This document shows, piece after piece, positions 26,495 through 37,934 of a stretch of DNA of 64,000 nt; the stretch's first letter is position 1; every line of letters begins with the position of its first letter. Source of the stretch: Yuukianura sp. NJ FZ-2021. Taxonomy: Eukaryota. Location of the stretch: the NCBI GenBank assembly GCA_046563655.1, contig CM102285.1:8494001-8558000 (forward strand), given 5' to 3'. Below the pieces are notes generated by a model. The model had not been told where the DNA came from and did no database searches. It saw only the letters and a program-made list of their open reading frames with translations. The translations under genes and the position numbers were made by a program.

Positions 26495-28711
26495 TAAAAA
26501 TACTTAATGAAACAAAATTAATACCGTTTTGCTTACCCCTCGTGACGCCCGGTTCCTGGAGAGCAGACCGTCTAACACTAACTTCAGCAACTTTCGCTGG
26601 AAAAGAACGTCTTAGGTGATACCGTGTGTTCTCCGAATTTGGCCTTTGTCTCCATACTTTCTAAATCCGACATACAGTATTACGAGTGCTGCTGCTCCCT
26701 GACTACAAGACGGATGCCTGGAATCGGATGCCTAAAAATAGAAACAAAGATCGTAATTAATATTTCTCACTTAAATTGTTTTTCCTGCTGCTCTCTTACA
26801 AGTACAAGCATCCAATTTCCTGTTCATCCCGCCCCCTTCACTTTCTCTGGAATTCCTTACATCTTCCAAAGAATAATTGCTCAGATCTCAGATGCATTTT
26901 TTGACAACAAGCGACTCTTCTTTCTTTGATCCACGGAGGCAAAGTATAGAATCATCATCAAAGGTAAGTGCATCTTCACAAGAGCTCATTTTGAAATGTC
27001 CTTGCTTTCGCCTTTCATGTGAATCCGCTTTCTAGGATCCACTGGAGAATGCACCTGAAAGCAGAAGAAAACTAATTATTGTGCCTGAATTTATTTTTTT
27101 TAAAAACTCATTAAACTGTAGGAGTCCTTTCATGTTTTCGAGTAAATTCGGCGCTTAATTCTTCTATCACCCTTTTACCCAATTATCAAGACAGTCAATT
27201 TCCAATTAATGTCAGATTCACGCCTTCCCTTTCTCATGCGAACACAAAAGACTTTTAGTTGAAACCCAAGAGAAAGGAGCTTTCTAAGCAAGAACGCAAA
27301 AGAAAAGAAAAGCAGCGTCTTGGTAGAAAAAAAATTGACTGGAAAGAATAGAAACTTAAAAAAGTTACTCGACGCTAAACCAATAGTGATAACAAAAGAA
27401 AGCGTCGCAGCCCCACTTTCTCCTCCCTCTTCAACACAAGCAAACACAATCCACCACTCTCTCGCCACTTTCACGGCTGGAGCTCCCAGGGAGTAGTTTA
27501 CACACCTTCCCTTCAGTAAATTATTTCCAAATCAACACCACCAACGAAATACTAGAGCAAAAAGTAAGTTCAGCCAAAAAGAAAAAAAATCCACCGAAAA
27601 ATCGATTAGTCTCGCCCATATTCCATGCACAACAGTTTGTCCATAGAGGAAGAGGTTAAGGTCAGTTTGCCAAATAATTAGACCGAATCATTTGGAATTT
27701 TTGTGGATTCGAATTACGGAGCCAATGATAAAGGGCGTGGCAGCAGTAAATGAAAAATCCCGCAACGAAAATTGGAACTTGTTCAACTTTTTAAGTTTTA
27801 CAAACGAAAAGCCTTCCCTAAGCCGTTGTAAAGCGGGCATTCAGAAGGACAGGATCGGAAATTCAGCTTATAAGATGAAAAAAAAACACGAGCAGCTATT
27901 AAGACCATGAGAATTAGAAATAAAAATTAGCACACCACTACTGGCCCTTCATCTGTTCTTATTGTGTAAATACAAGGTTTCAATTTATCCTTCAACGAAC
28001 AAATTAAGCGTTTTACTTTACCAATTTTCCTTCAAAGTTCTGTACTCAAGCCTGAATGTCAAAAATAGAACTAAAAACCTAAAGCTGAAAGCTGAGCGAA
28101 ACGTCTGCTGAAGAACTGATCCAAACTAAGAAAAAAAGAAACCAAACACATTTTTTTTTCTTTTCTTCGTCTTCTTTTTTTAAATGAAAAGCTGGCTTTT
28201 CCTCCCAAAACAAATCTTCTGTCACTTCCACTGCAAAAACTACGGTACGGTAGTTTTTCTACTCTTGAGTACTGGAAAAATTCAAAGCTAATTAGAACCA
28301 GGAAGAGCGGAGCTGAAAAAGACCGATAGCTGGCTACAAGAGATTTAAACCGGAAGAGACCATTCAGTTCATATTACCACGAGCAGAAACGTTATAAACT
28401 TATGCCAAAAAAAGTAAAATGAGGAAAAAGTTTGTGAAGCACTCTTTATAAACTTTCCCCAGCTGCTTTTGACTGACACTAGAAATTAAAATGTAGAAAA
28501 CTAACATTATCCTAATCGCATCCCTCTCAGCCTCTTACCAAAAACTTTCCCTTTGTTTATCCAAGACAAAGGCAAAAGTTTTACTTTCTCACGTAAAGTT
28601 CCCATATCCAGCTTCCACCGAACCTCTAAACCGTAGCTGAATCGCTTAGAACTAAAGAGCGGGCTTTTTCGAAATATGTAATCTACGTCTCAAGTCGCCA
28701 TTTTAGTCATT

Positions 28712-28876
28712 TGGATTGTTCAGACAAATGCCTCAAGATCAGTCATGAATCCACAAGTCCGCAAATCCAACACCGTTCCACAATTGTAAAAGAGAACCTT
28801 TCACGGTAGTGGAGTTACATGTGTAGCAAACTGTAAACTGTGGTCAGGCTCGTCATCGAATCATCATTACAATCCA
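28712..28876 (-). ncRNA. SNORD15: Box C/D snoRNA U15/SNORD15-like, copy 1 (double guide: 28S Am2281 and Gm2288 yeast equivalents)
   Basis: Minus strand: TGGATTGT stem, ATGATGA (C), GATGACGAG C CTGA (D'), about 110-nt insert, GAGGCATTTG T CTGA (D), ACAATCCA stem. Both guides and the long size match human U15 as I recall it, and both pair with 28S CAAAUGCCUCGUCAUC. Confidence 0.9.
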
Positions 28877-29159
28877 GAATTCGTCCGTTTCTGTCAAGTA
28901 AATTAACACACAAAAAAAACAACTAAATATTCTTACTCGAAGAGTTCCAACAAGGCGAGGAAATCCAGTCTGTTACTCTGTTAGTGCATTGCCCGTACAA
29001 CTAATGTCGAATTTTCCCGAGAGTGCGTTGCATTTCATCCTATGCCTTTCCAGAAAATCTGAAACAAAAGAAAAAATTAAGTAAAATCATAAGCTGGAAG
29101 AGCAATGCATATTTATTGTTACGCAAAGTACTAAAGAAAACTACTTATTAAAAATGGTT

Positions 29160-29324
29160 TGGATTGTTCAGGCAAATGCCTCAAGTTCATTCATAAATCC
29201 ACAAATCCGCGAATCCAAAACTACTCCACAGTTGTAAAAGAGAACCTTTTACGGTTGTAGAGTTTCATTTGTCGCAGATTATAAACTGTGGTCAGCCTCG
29301 TCATCGTATCATCATTACAATCCA
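29160..29324 (-). ncRNA. SNORD15: Box C/D snoRNA U15/SNORD15-like, copy 2
   Basis: Same 165-nt architecture, 8-bp terminal stem, both guides intact; in intron 29059-29378. Confidence 0.9.
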
Positions 29325-29579
29325 GAATTTGTTAGTTTTCGCGACTAATAGCTGAAAAAACTATATATATTTTCGTACCAAACACTTCCAGTAACACGCG
29401 GTAATCCATCCGGCTGGTGTAATGTACTTATAGCACAAGAGTGTCGAGTTTCCGGAAGATCACATTGCATCATCTTGCAGATTTCCAGAAAATCTGAAAC
29501 ACAAGATCAAATGAGTGAAATCACGCTGGAAATACGAAATATGTACTGAATGAAAGTCTTCAAATTGCTTTCCCTATTC

Positions 29580-29744
29580 TGGATTGTTCAGGCAAATGCC
29601 TCAAGTTCATTCATAAATCCACAAATCCGCGAATCCAAAACCACTCCACAATTGTAAAAGAGAACCTTTCACGGCAGTAGAATTTCATTTGTCGCAGATT
29701 ATAAATTGCGGTCAGGCTCGTCATCGTATCATCATTACAATCCA
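29580..29744 (-). ncRNA. SNORD15: Box C/D snoRNA U15/SNORD15-like, copy 3
   Basis: Same 165-nt architecture, 8-bp terminal stem, both guides intact; in intron 29494-29792. Confidence 0.9.
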
Positions 29745-32700
29745 ACATATTTTGCTTGTTGATTTAATTAAATTTCTAAATAATGCACTTACAGTAGACG
29801 AAACATTGGATAACGCTCCTGTCTATTACGCCGTCAAGATCAACTCCTTGGAAGTGGAGAGCAAGATTTCTAAAGAAATCTCCCATTTTTGTTTTCCAGC
29901 ATCTTCCGCTTCTACATCATCGCGTCGTTGCTTCTTTTCAAAAAACCTGCGCTAAAATGTAAGATCGAATTAACTTCCAAATGTTAAGAATCACAAGCTG
30001 TAAAAGCTGGAAACAGCCACTCCAATGAAAGTTTCAATACTAAACACTCGTTAGTTCGCACAGCACAACAGCATTCCAAAATTCCATTTCGCAGAACGTT
30101 TACACAAAGGGAACGACAAATGTTTTCACTTTTCCCAGAAACGAAACAGTTGTACAGATCCAATTACATCGTTTTCGTTAATTGAATTAAATGCACTTCG
30201 TAACTTATTGACTCACTTTACAAATCACGGGCCGTCGACCTTTGCCTGACCTTGAAATAATCAAAAAGGAACAGTGAAAGTCAGGTTCCGTTGGTTCTTT
30301 AATTCATGGCGTGACATGTCAATGTGGTTTCGTGTGACTTCAGTTGATTCGATTCCATGTCATCTGCCTTCTCCTTTCCCTTCCTTTCAGTCACTTATCA
30401 ATCTCACAATGAAGATTGAGTGCCTTTGAGGTGAGACGCTCTGAAAGTCAATAGAAAATCAGAGATTGGAAATTTGAACTCAAACAGCATCTCTCTACTC
30501 GATTCTTCCATTCCAGTTCAGAAACCATTCAATTTCCAAACACATTTCTACTAAAACTTACGGAAGAATGAATATTCCAACTCCAGATTCCAGTTCACAA
30601 AGAAATCACAGGACGGTGCAGAGTCGTGTATTCCAGGAAACAGATTCTAAAGTCTTTGTTAAAGGCTTGATAGAAAGTTATTGGATCTCCAGTTGTACGA
30701 CATTTTTTTGAACAAATCATTTCCTGGATTCGGATCCACAGAATCATAATGCGAATGAACGTTTGAGAAATATGGACGAAAGTTGCTGAGCGTTTTGAAG
30801 TCAAAGAGATCCTTACTCCCATTTTCCAAACTATGTTAACTTGTATATAATGTAAAGAGATGTGAGTTTAATTTACTACGGCTTCTTCTATTCAATCTTC
30901 TACTTCTACGTCATTGACCTCCTTTGTCACAGAACATTACGAACAAAGTCTGAAAAAAATTCAAAAGAAAATACAAATGAAATTGACAAAATTCCCAGAA
31001 TTTGATCGTAGTAGTGCACAAAAACTAAATTCGAAATAAATTACATCAAGCTTTCACTTCAACATTCAACAACGAAAATGAAAAAAGTAAACGTTGTTTT
31101 CCATTTCTATGCGGAAGTTATACGAGAGTTAGGGGAATTGTGGGAACTCCTGAGCAAACAAATGTAAGTTAACTTAAAAAATTGGGCTGAAATAATAATT
31201 TTAATAGGAACGCTTAAACCAACATGTCACGCAAGAGACCAACTCCCTATTTCTGGATTGGACAAACCCTATTCCTTATTACAATTTGCTATTTACAATT
31301 CCATTTACAAATAATATTTACTAAAGTGGAAGTCAATTTTCACTTGACCTGAGAAAGTACATGTCATTTCATTTTGACAATTCATGAACCTCCCACCTCC
31401 ACACAAAAGAAAGTCCGCCAACTTTCCCATTGTCTCCTTTCATCAGGGTGGAAAGCCATTCCGAACAGCAAGCATGTCTATACCAGTGAAAGCAAAAATA
31501 CCTTCTGCATGTCCCTCGTGGGGCATTGTGGCACAGCGGCGTCATTAACTTCTATATTGAATTTTTTTTCTCGTATTTTGCTCCATCATACCGGTGGCTG
31601 CTGCATTTTACGAATCCAGGTTTTGTTTAAAAAGAAAAAGCATAATGTGTTTTCACTTTGGACTTGGAAAAGTGAAACAAACTGAAATGAAATGTTTTTA
31701 GTTCCGGCAAAAAAAAAGCTCAGAAAACAACACAGCAATTTCGGAATGCGTCTTTTTAGCTGAAAGCGAGCGACTTTCACCTACCATCGAAAATGCAGGG
31801 AAAGTCCCAGTTGTTAATAATACATGTACCTACTAACTTTCACCGGCCCAGGACCCAGTGGCCATTCTTTTTCAGAAAAAGAGAACAACGAACCGAGACT
31901 TTTTCTTTTAAAAATCAAACAGTCCGCTGCATTCAATGCTGCACAACTCATGTGAACAAACTAACCGGAAGTAACTGAACACACGAGAGCGAGAGAGAGA
32001 GAAAGCGAACTTTATACAAAACACAACTACAGTGGAGCACTGTCGTGAAAAATATTTTTTGTCTGTCTAGTATGTTAGTACTTTCTCGTTCCGATGCTCT
32101 AGAAAAGTGGATTTAAAAGTTTTAGTACTTCTAATCCACGGCGAGCCGAATAGCACGTTTTAGAAGCCGCCTTTAGTTCTCGAAAAAAACTAAACCTCAA
32201 AGGCCAAATTTCTGAATGTCTCACACGCTAGAAGTTCCAACCGAAAAAAAATAGGCACCAAAGCACGCAACAAAAAAAAAAGCCTCGCTTAAACTAAAAC
32301 CGCATGAGGAAAAAACTTCTTCATTTTCTCCTATGCGAACAGAACTGAAAGCACTCTAGCCCTTACAAAGGAAACTTTCTAGCAGTTTTTTTTTAAACTA
32401 AAACGAAATAGAAAATTATCTCTTTTATTCCAACGGGATTTTGACAAAGTCTCCCTCATCAAAGTTTCAAATCCAGAAAAAAGCCTTAAAAATTGCTTTC
32501 GACACACCCAGCAGCTTCAGAAGAGACAACCTTTGAATTTTGAAAGATTTCACCAAACATTGCCAAATGACTCACCCATGACCTCCTTGTTGTTCAAATG
32601 ACAAAATACTAGGTAAAAACCCAGCAGTTCACAAGAAGTTGGAAACACATTAATTTGCACCGCAGTCCTAATTAAAAATGAAATTGGAAGTAGTGAGGCC

Positions 32701-34024
32701 AAATTCTGTCAGGCGTGCAAGAATAAATGTTTCCTACAATTCCACATTATTAGGTCTTCGCGGAAGTCAATTCCCATTTGTTGCTTTTGCCAAATCACAA
32801 AAAATCTGACAGGAAAAGCCTAAAGAACTTCTTCAGATGACGTCACCGGATTCGGTGAAAAACCTGTTTGCCAAAATATTGGCCCAAAGTGCGACGACGC
32901 ATGAAAATCATACGAACACCTTACACTTTAGGGAAAAACCGCGACTATCACCGAGGTCTTGGAACTCAAAACTTAAAATTCCCGCTAAATCAAAGTTTTT
33001 CGATGACTCTGTGCCTAACACCGGCCGTGTTGAACTGCCGTTTTAGTTTTAAACCCGTTTTTGTTTTCCATGAACTTTTCAGGGCCGTATCAAATTAACA
33101 CAGACCTTGAATTCCACAGTTCTCAACTCCGTAGTCCCATTAGACACCTAAAAAGAAACCCGAGAAAGGAAGCGAAGCATTAGACCCTGACACAGATGAA
33201 TTATAACTTTCCTCGTGCTTTCACTCTTGAGAGCATCAGCTAAATTTTCTGTTTCATAAGCATAAAGAGAACCTTCTGCAAATTGTTATTCACTGTCACT
33301 GAGTCACCGTCTTAAAAAAAACGCATTTTACACAGATTCATCCTCGTCTAGCCTAAAATCTACCCCCACCGAGCTCCTCATTTCCTTTGATTACATCATT
33401 TCACTGTAGCTGCATCTGTAGCCTTAAAGCAGTACTGCAAGACAAGTTTTATACGAAGTCGTATCCGCCATAACCACCATAACCGTCTTACCACCTCAGA
33501 AACGCATTATTTTCCAAACAAGTTCCAGAAACCGACTACCTTCTATTCAATATTGCACAATAATGGAAAAAAAAATTCTTAAAGTGAAAATCAATTTTCA
33601 TATTCTTCCTGAAAGTTCCGTCACATAACAAAAGCTATAGTGTCACTCATCGCTTTCTCCGAACTTACTGTCGGCTACACCCCTCAAAACTATTCCATTT
33701 GGAGCTGAAAATTTTAAAAATTTCAAGTAGGTTCTTCGAACCGATACAAGAACAGGCAAACTCTTATTTTCCATTAGCAAAATGAGTACTTAGGATCAAG
33801 GAAAGAAGAATCCCAGTAGTACTGATGTGTGTCTTCAAAGTCTTAGCCAAATCTATATTAAAGCCTCTCATAAATTCTAGTTCGCAGTCGATGATTAGAG
33901 CAAAGTCAGCAGACTTTTTCCTACTTTCTCCAAGAATCAGCAGGATTTAAGAACTTCTAAGTTCCAAGTAATCTTCATCCAGTGAATCTTCCGGAGTGCA
34001 GAATCCAATTCCCTAAACAGTGTT

Positions 34025-34099
34025 ACTTCTAATTTCCCTTGTCACACTCTGTGACAAGGAAAATTAGGAGTGTACTTTATGTGTGACTCACACATAAAG
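34025..34099. repeat. Two adjacent palindromes (22-bp stem with 3-nt loop; perfect 12-bp stem)
   Basis: ACTTCTAATTTCCCTTGTCACA-CTC-TGTGACAAGGAAAATTAGGAGT (34025-34071, 20/22 Watson-Crick pairs) and CTTTATGTGTGA-C-TCACACATAAAG (34075-34099). Confidence 0.75.
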
Positions 34100-37000
34100 A
34101 TGGACAACACAACTACAGTCGAAACTCTCATTGTGCAACATTTTTCCCAATTTAAATTAAAGTTTAACGAGGCAAAACTCACATTCTTTCAAGAATTCCA
34201 GTCGTAAAGATCTGAGACTTCTCCGAAACAGAAAAAGTGATGTGAGCTTTACTGTAAATGTTAATTTAATATTCAACTTTACGGTAGCAACCGAACACTT
34301 TCCCATGTCACACATTGAGGGGTTCTACTGTAACACCAACATCTCACTAACACAACGGAAATGAAATAGAAAGAAAGTCATCAAAGTTCGGTCATCCCAG
34401 TAAGAAAAACATCCTCATCTCCAGAGAAAAATCAGACTCCATTAGGATTTATCTTCTCTGGGTCTGCACGGATATAAAAAAAAACTCAATCAAAAAAGTA
34501 CATTCACAAAGTGTAAATATTCACCCCAAAAAATACATCCCTTTGTTTACTTTTCATTTTCTGTAACAAATCTTCCTCTGCCAATATTTTCTTATTCGTC
34601 AAAAGATTACATCAGCCTCCTCTCCGGCCTTACACTTGAGCAGATTCATGATTGCCCTCAAACATCAGCCAGAGATTGAGTTATTCATCAAATATCATCA
34701 TCATAAAAGAAAACCAGACTGGAGAAACTCAGTTTGTGTAAAAACAGACACAAAGCATCTTCCCCCAGTTTCCTAAATTTGGATCAAAGACGTCAATCCA
34801 AATTGGAATTCAAGCAGAAATGGTTCAAGTTGGAGCAGAAAGTATTTATACAAAGGAAGTAACTACAAAGATAGTAACCAGATCCATCATAAGTTCAAAT
34901 CCTACAGCCCATGCCTTTCTTTCTTAAATGTCACCTCATCAATTTCCATTTTCATTTCAAAAAATTGAAAATTTCTGCCTACTTTCACTGTTCTTTAAAT
35001 TTTCACTCATGCCATAATGTCAAAAACCCTGTAAATAGAATACACTGATAAATATTTCAGCTTCGTTCTACTTTTTCAAAGAAAAACAAGCAGAAGATAC
35101 ACTTCGCGTGCCTGAATATCTCATTTGTGTCTTTTCTCATTTCATCTCTCAAGTGCCTGCTCAAGTGAAAGTAAACGAGAAAACACAATGACAATTTCAA
35201 TCAGGGTTTCCGCATGTGCGTTATATAAAATTAATCGCGTCGTTGAACTGTAGGCTTCCAACAGGCGAATCATCATTTCCCCGAACTCTCAAGACTACTT
35301 TAGTAGGTGACTCTCTAGAAGTCGTCCCAGGTAGGATAGACTACAAAACAAGTCTAGTTCCAGGTTAATGTTGGAACGTGGAACATCTCATTCCCAGTGA
35401 GTCGGAAGGGCCAAAACTGTCAGGCAGTCAAGTAGAAGGCGAAACCTACCCGGGTATTATCCATCCATTCGGTCGCGGAAGTTCTGACGGGGAGAAAGGC
35501 GCAAGAATACTCCCGGCTCAAATAAGTATTTATAGGCAGCCAGTTTCAATTTGCTACTCCACACAGTAACACGACCTCAGTTGGAACGGAAGACAAGGCA
35601 GATTACTCTTCGTCAGCAGCCTTCTGCTCTAAAAGTCACTTCTGAAATTTCAAAAAACTTGGTTCTAAAATTTCAAACACTCAAATTTTTAACTTTGTGC
35701 AAATCTTTGGGCCAAGTGCCAGAAAAAACAAGCCTATCAATATCATCAGTTGAACAATGGTTTTCCCCAGGAAAGCTTACAGTTAAAAACTATTGTGACT
35801 CAATCTAAGTCAGTCACTTCAAAAAGCTACTCAGCCGGGAAAAAAACGAAATCGGAGAAAAATCTTCAAATCGTCTCAGTTCGCTTCCGGTTTCACGGTA
35901 AGTCAAAAATGTCTCTTTTGTCATTCACCAACAAGGAAATGGAAAACTGTCACTAAAAAAGAAATGTCGGGCGACATGAGTACCCGGGTTCCGGTCACTG
36001 ACACGATTTTTGACATTTCCGCAACAACGCTTCAAATCCTTACTCCAACATTCCATCTGAATAGTAAATCTTCTTACCTAAATTTTGGCTACACGTGCCA
36101 AAATCTCACACTATGTACATATATTTCATAAGTAAAAATTTTTGAAAACTTTTCCAGAACCAAGATTTTATTCATCGCCAAAAATAGGACTCATAAAACT
36201 ATCAAACTCTGCTATAAAGTTTGGACGATGAGACATTAACCACTTGCTTTTTTGAATAGAAACGTCGATGATGTAAAACAGGGAAGAGGAACGTGTTTTC
36301 TTTTGAAAAAAAAAATGGCTTTTGAAAAAAAAAAGAACTAAAAAACCGTAAAATTTTTCTTGCTGATGAATCAATAGTATAAAAAACGTTTTGTCTCCTG
36401 ACTCATGAGGTAGCGTTTGCTACTTACGTAAAACCATTTGGATCGCATGCTTCCCAAGCCTCACTTTAAATCACGTGGGTGTTAATTGCCTTAATAATTT
36501 ATGTCAAAAACTGAAAATGAGCCAGATTTCTTCTTTAATCCACCAAATCTCCCCCCATTATTTCAAAGACTACTGAATCAACTGAAGGCTTTGACACGTC
36601 ACTCATAAAAGTTCGCTCTTAAAGAAAAAAGCTCCACTTAAAGTCCATCTCCTCTTCGAAGTACTTTCTAAAAAAGCAAAATTTCAAGAAAAAAAAAACA
36701 CTTTCTCCAAATTGGAGGATTAAAAACTAATTTCGAACTTTCAATTGTTGAAGTTCTAATGTTAGGCTCTAATGCCTTCCGACAGGTCAAAAGCTCTGCC
36801 ACTTCCTTTCTTTTTTGAGCATTAAAAAAAACTTAAGTCCAAAAACATCACTTTCCCATTTGCCTCATCTTTTCCCCAAGACTTTCTTTTTATACTCATC
36901 TTTAAAAATTCAATTTTTACCATTTCCAGACGTGGGTTTCAGTTTAAAAATGCTCAATTTCTTTTATAGCCTTCCAAAAATTTCCTCTGCCAAAGCAAAT

Positions 37001-37934
37001 AAAGTTTTCCACAGTCGAAAGATGGCTGATTTAAAAATCTAGGTTTCAACTTCCCTGCGGATTTGATATATACAAACCTAAAAAGTTCACCAAATACGCT
37101 TTCAACTGTATCCGTCAAAAACAAAAACAAAGCAAAGAAGAAATGCGATTTAGGGCAATTTAACCAAAATTTTGGAAAAGTCGCGGGCGTTTCACCCCCT
37201 TTAACATGTTTTCATCATTTCAAACTGAATTTTCCATCTCTCCGTCGATCCTATTCTACCAATTTTAAAATTTTCAAAAATAAACACCTTCTATTCATTA
37301 TCGTCCAAAACCAGAAAATACTATAAGTGTATTTATTTAATTCGACCTTGTCCCATTGCCCCGGACCTTTGTCAGGGGGTGGGTATAAGACTGCCTCAAC
37401 ATTCATTGTGCTCCTTAAAAAATGACTAAATACTAAAATAAACCATTTTTCATAACTTTTTAGCATTCAAAAGTCACATTTCATCCTCAACATCAAATCT
37501 CAGCATCTATCATCGCCTGACCCCAATCACTTCAGTTTCAAAATCAGTCCAAGTTCAGCCATTTTTGAAACAACCAGCATCATTCAGCATCAGTACTCAA
37601 GAAACCTAAATCCCTAGTCTGTCTGCCAACAGTTTTAAAAATTTCTGCCTCTGACATTCTCCTCCATATGTCATCGTTGATGAAGCGTATCCTAATAACA
37701 TAGAAAATCCGAATCAAAGCAGCTTCAGTTCTCTCGAGTGTTGACAGAAACCACAAAAGTCGAACAAGGTGACGACCAAAACATCAAAACTTGACCCAAT
37801 TGCACAAGTAATCAAAGGAATCCTAATTAACACATCGCTCAAAACCTATTGCGACAGCCAAGGCCAAGCCTAATCCTCTAAATCCGTGAAACTGAGCTCT
37901 GTCGTGGCATGCGGGAAGCGCCACTTTTTAAAAC

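Larger units (their letters stand above)
24400..29951 (-). ncRNA. Non-protein-coding snoRNA host gene (UHG/SNHG1-like); inferred exons 29951-29793, 29493-29379, 29058-28937, (probably more), 27054-26800, 26731-26537, 26328-26254, 26062-25886, 25680-25629, 25408-25346, 24997-24727, 24549-about 24400
   Basis: Minus-strand donors (GTAAG/GTGAG/GTACG/GTAAT) and pyrimidine-rich AG acceptors alternate regularly, with one C/D snoRNA in each snoRNA-bearing intron. The exons give no long ORF. AATAAA lies on the minus strand at 24420-24415. The 5' end and the continuity between the 28.7-30 kb and 24.4-27 kb parts are inferred. Confidence 0.8.

Noticed and set aside
26881..26960. Minus-strand ATGATGA ... 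CTGA spaced like a C/D snoRNA
   Set aside because: It lies inside an inferred exon and has no D'/C' pair, no terminal stem and no recognisable rRNA complement.
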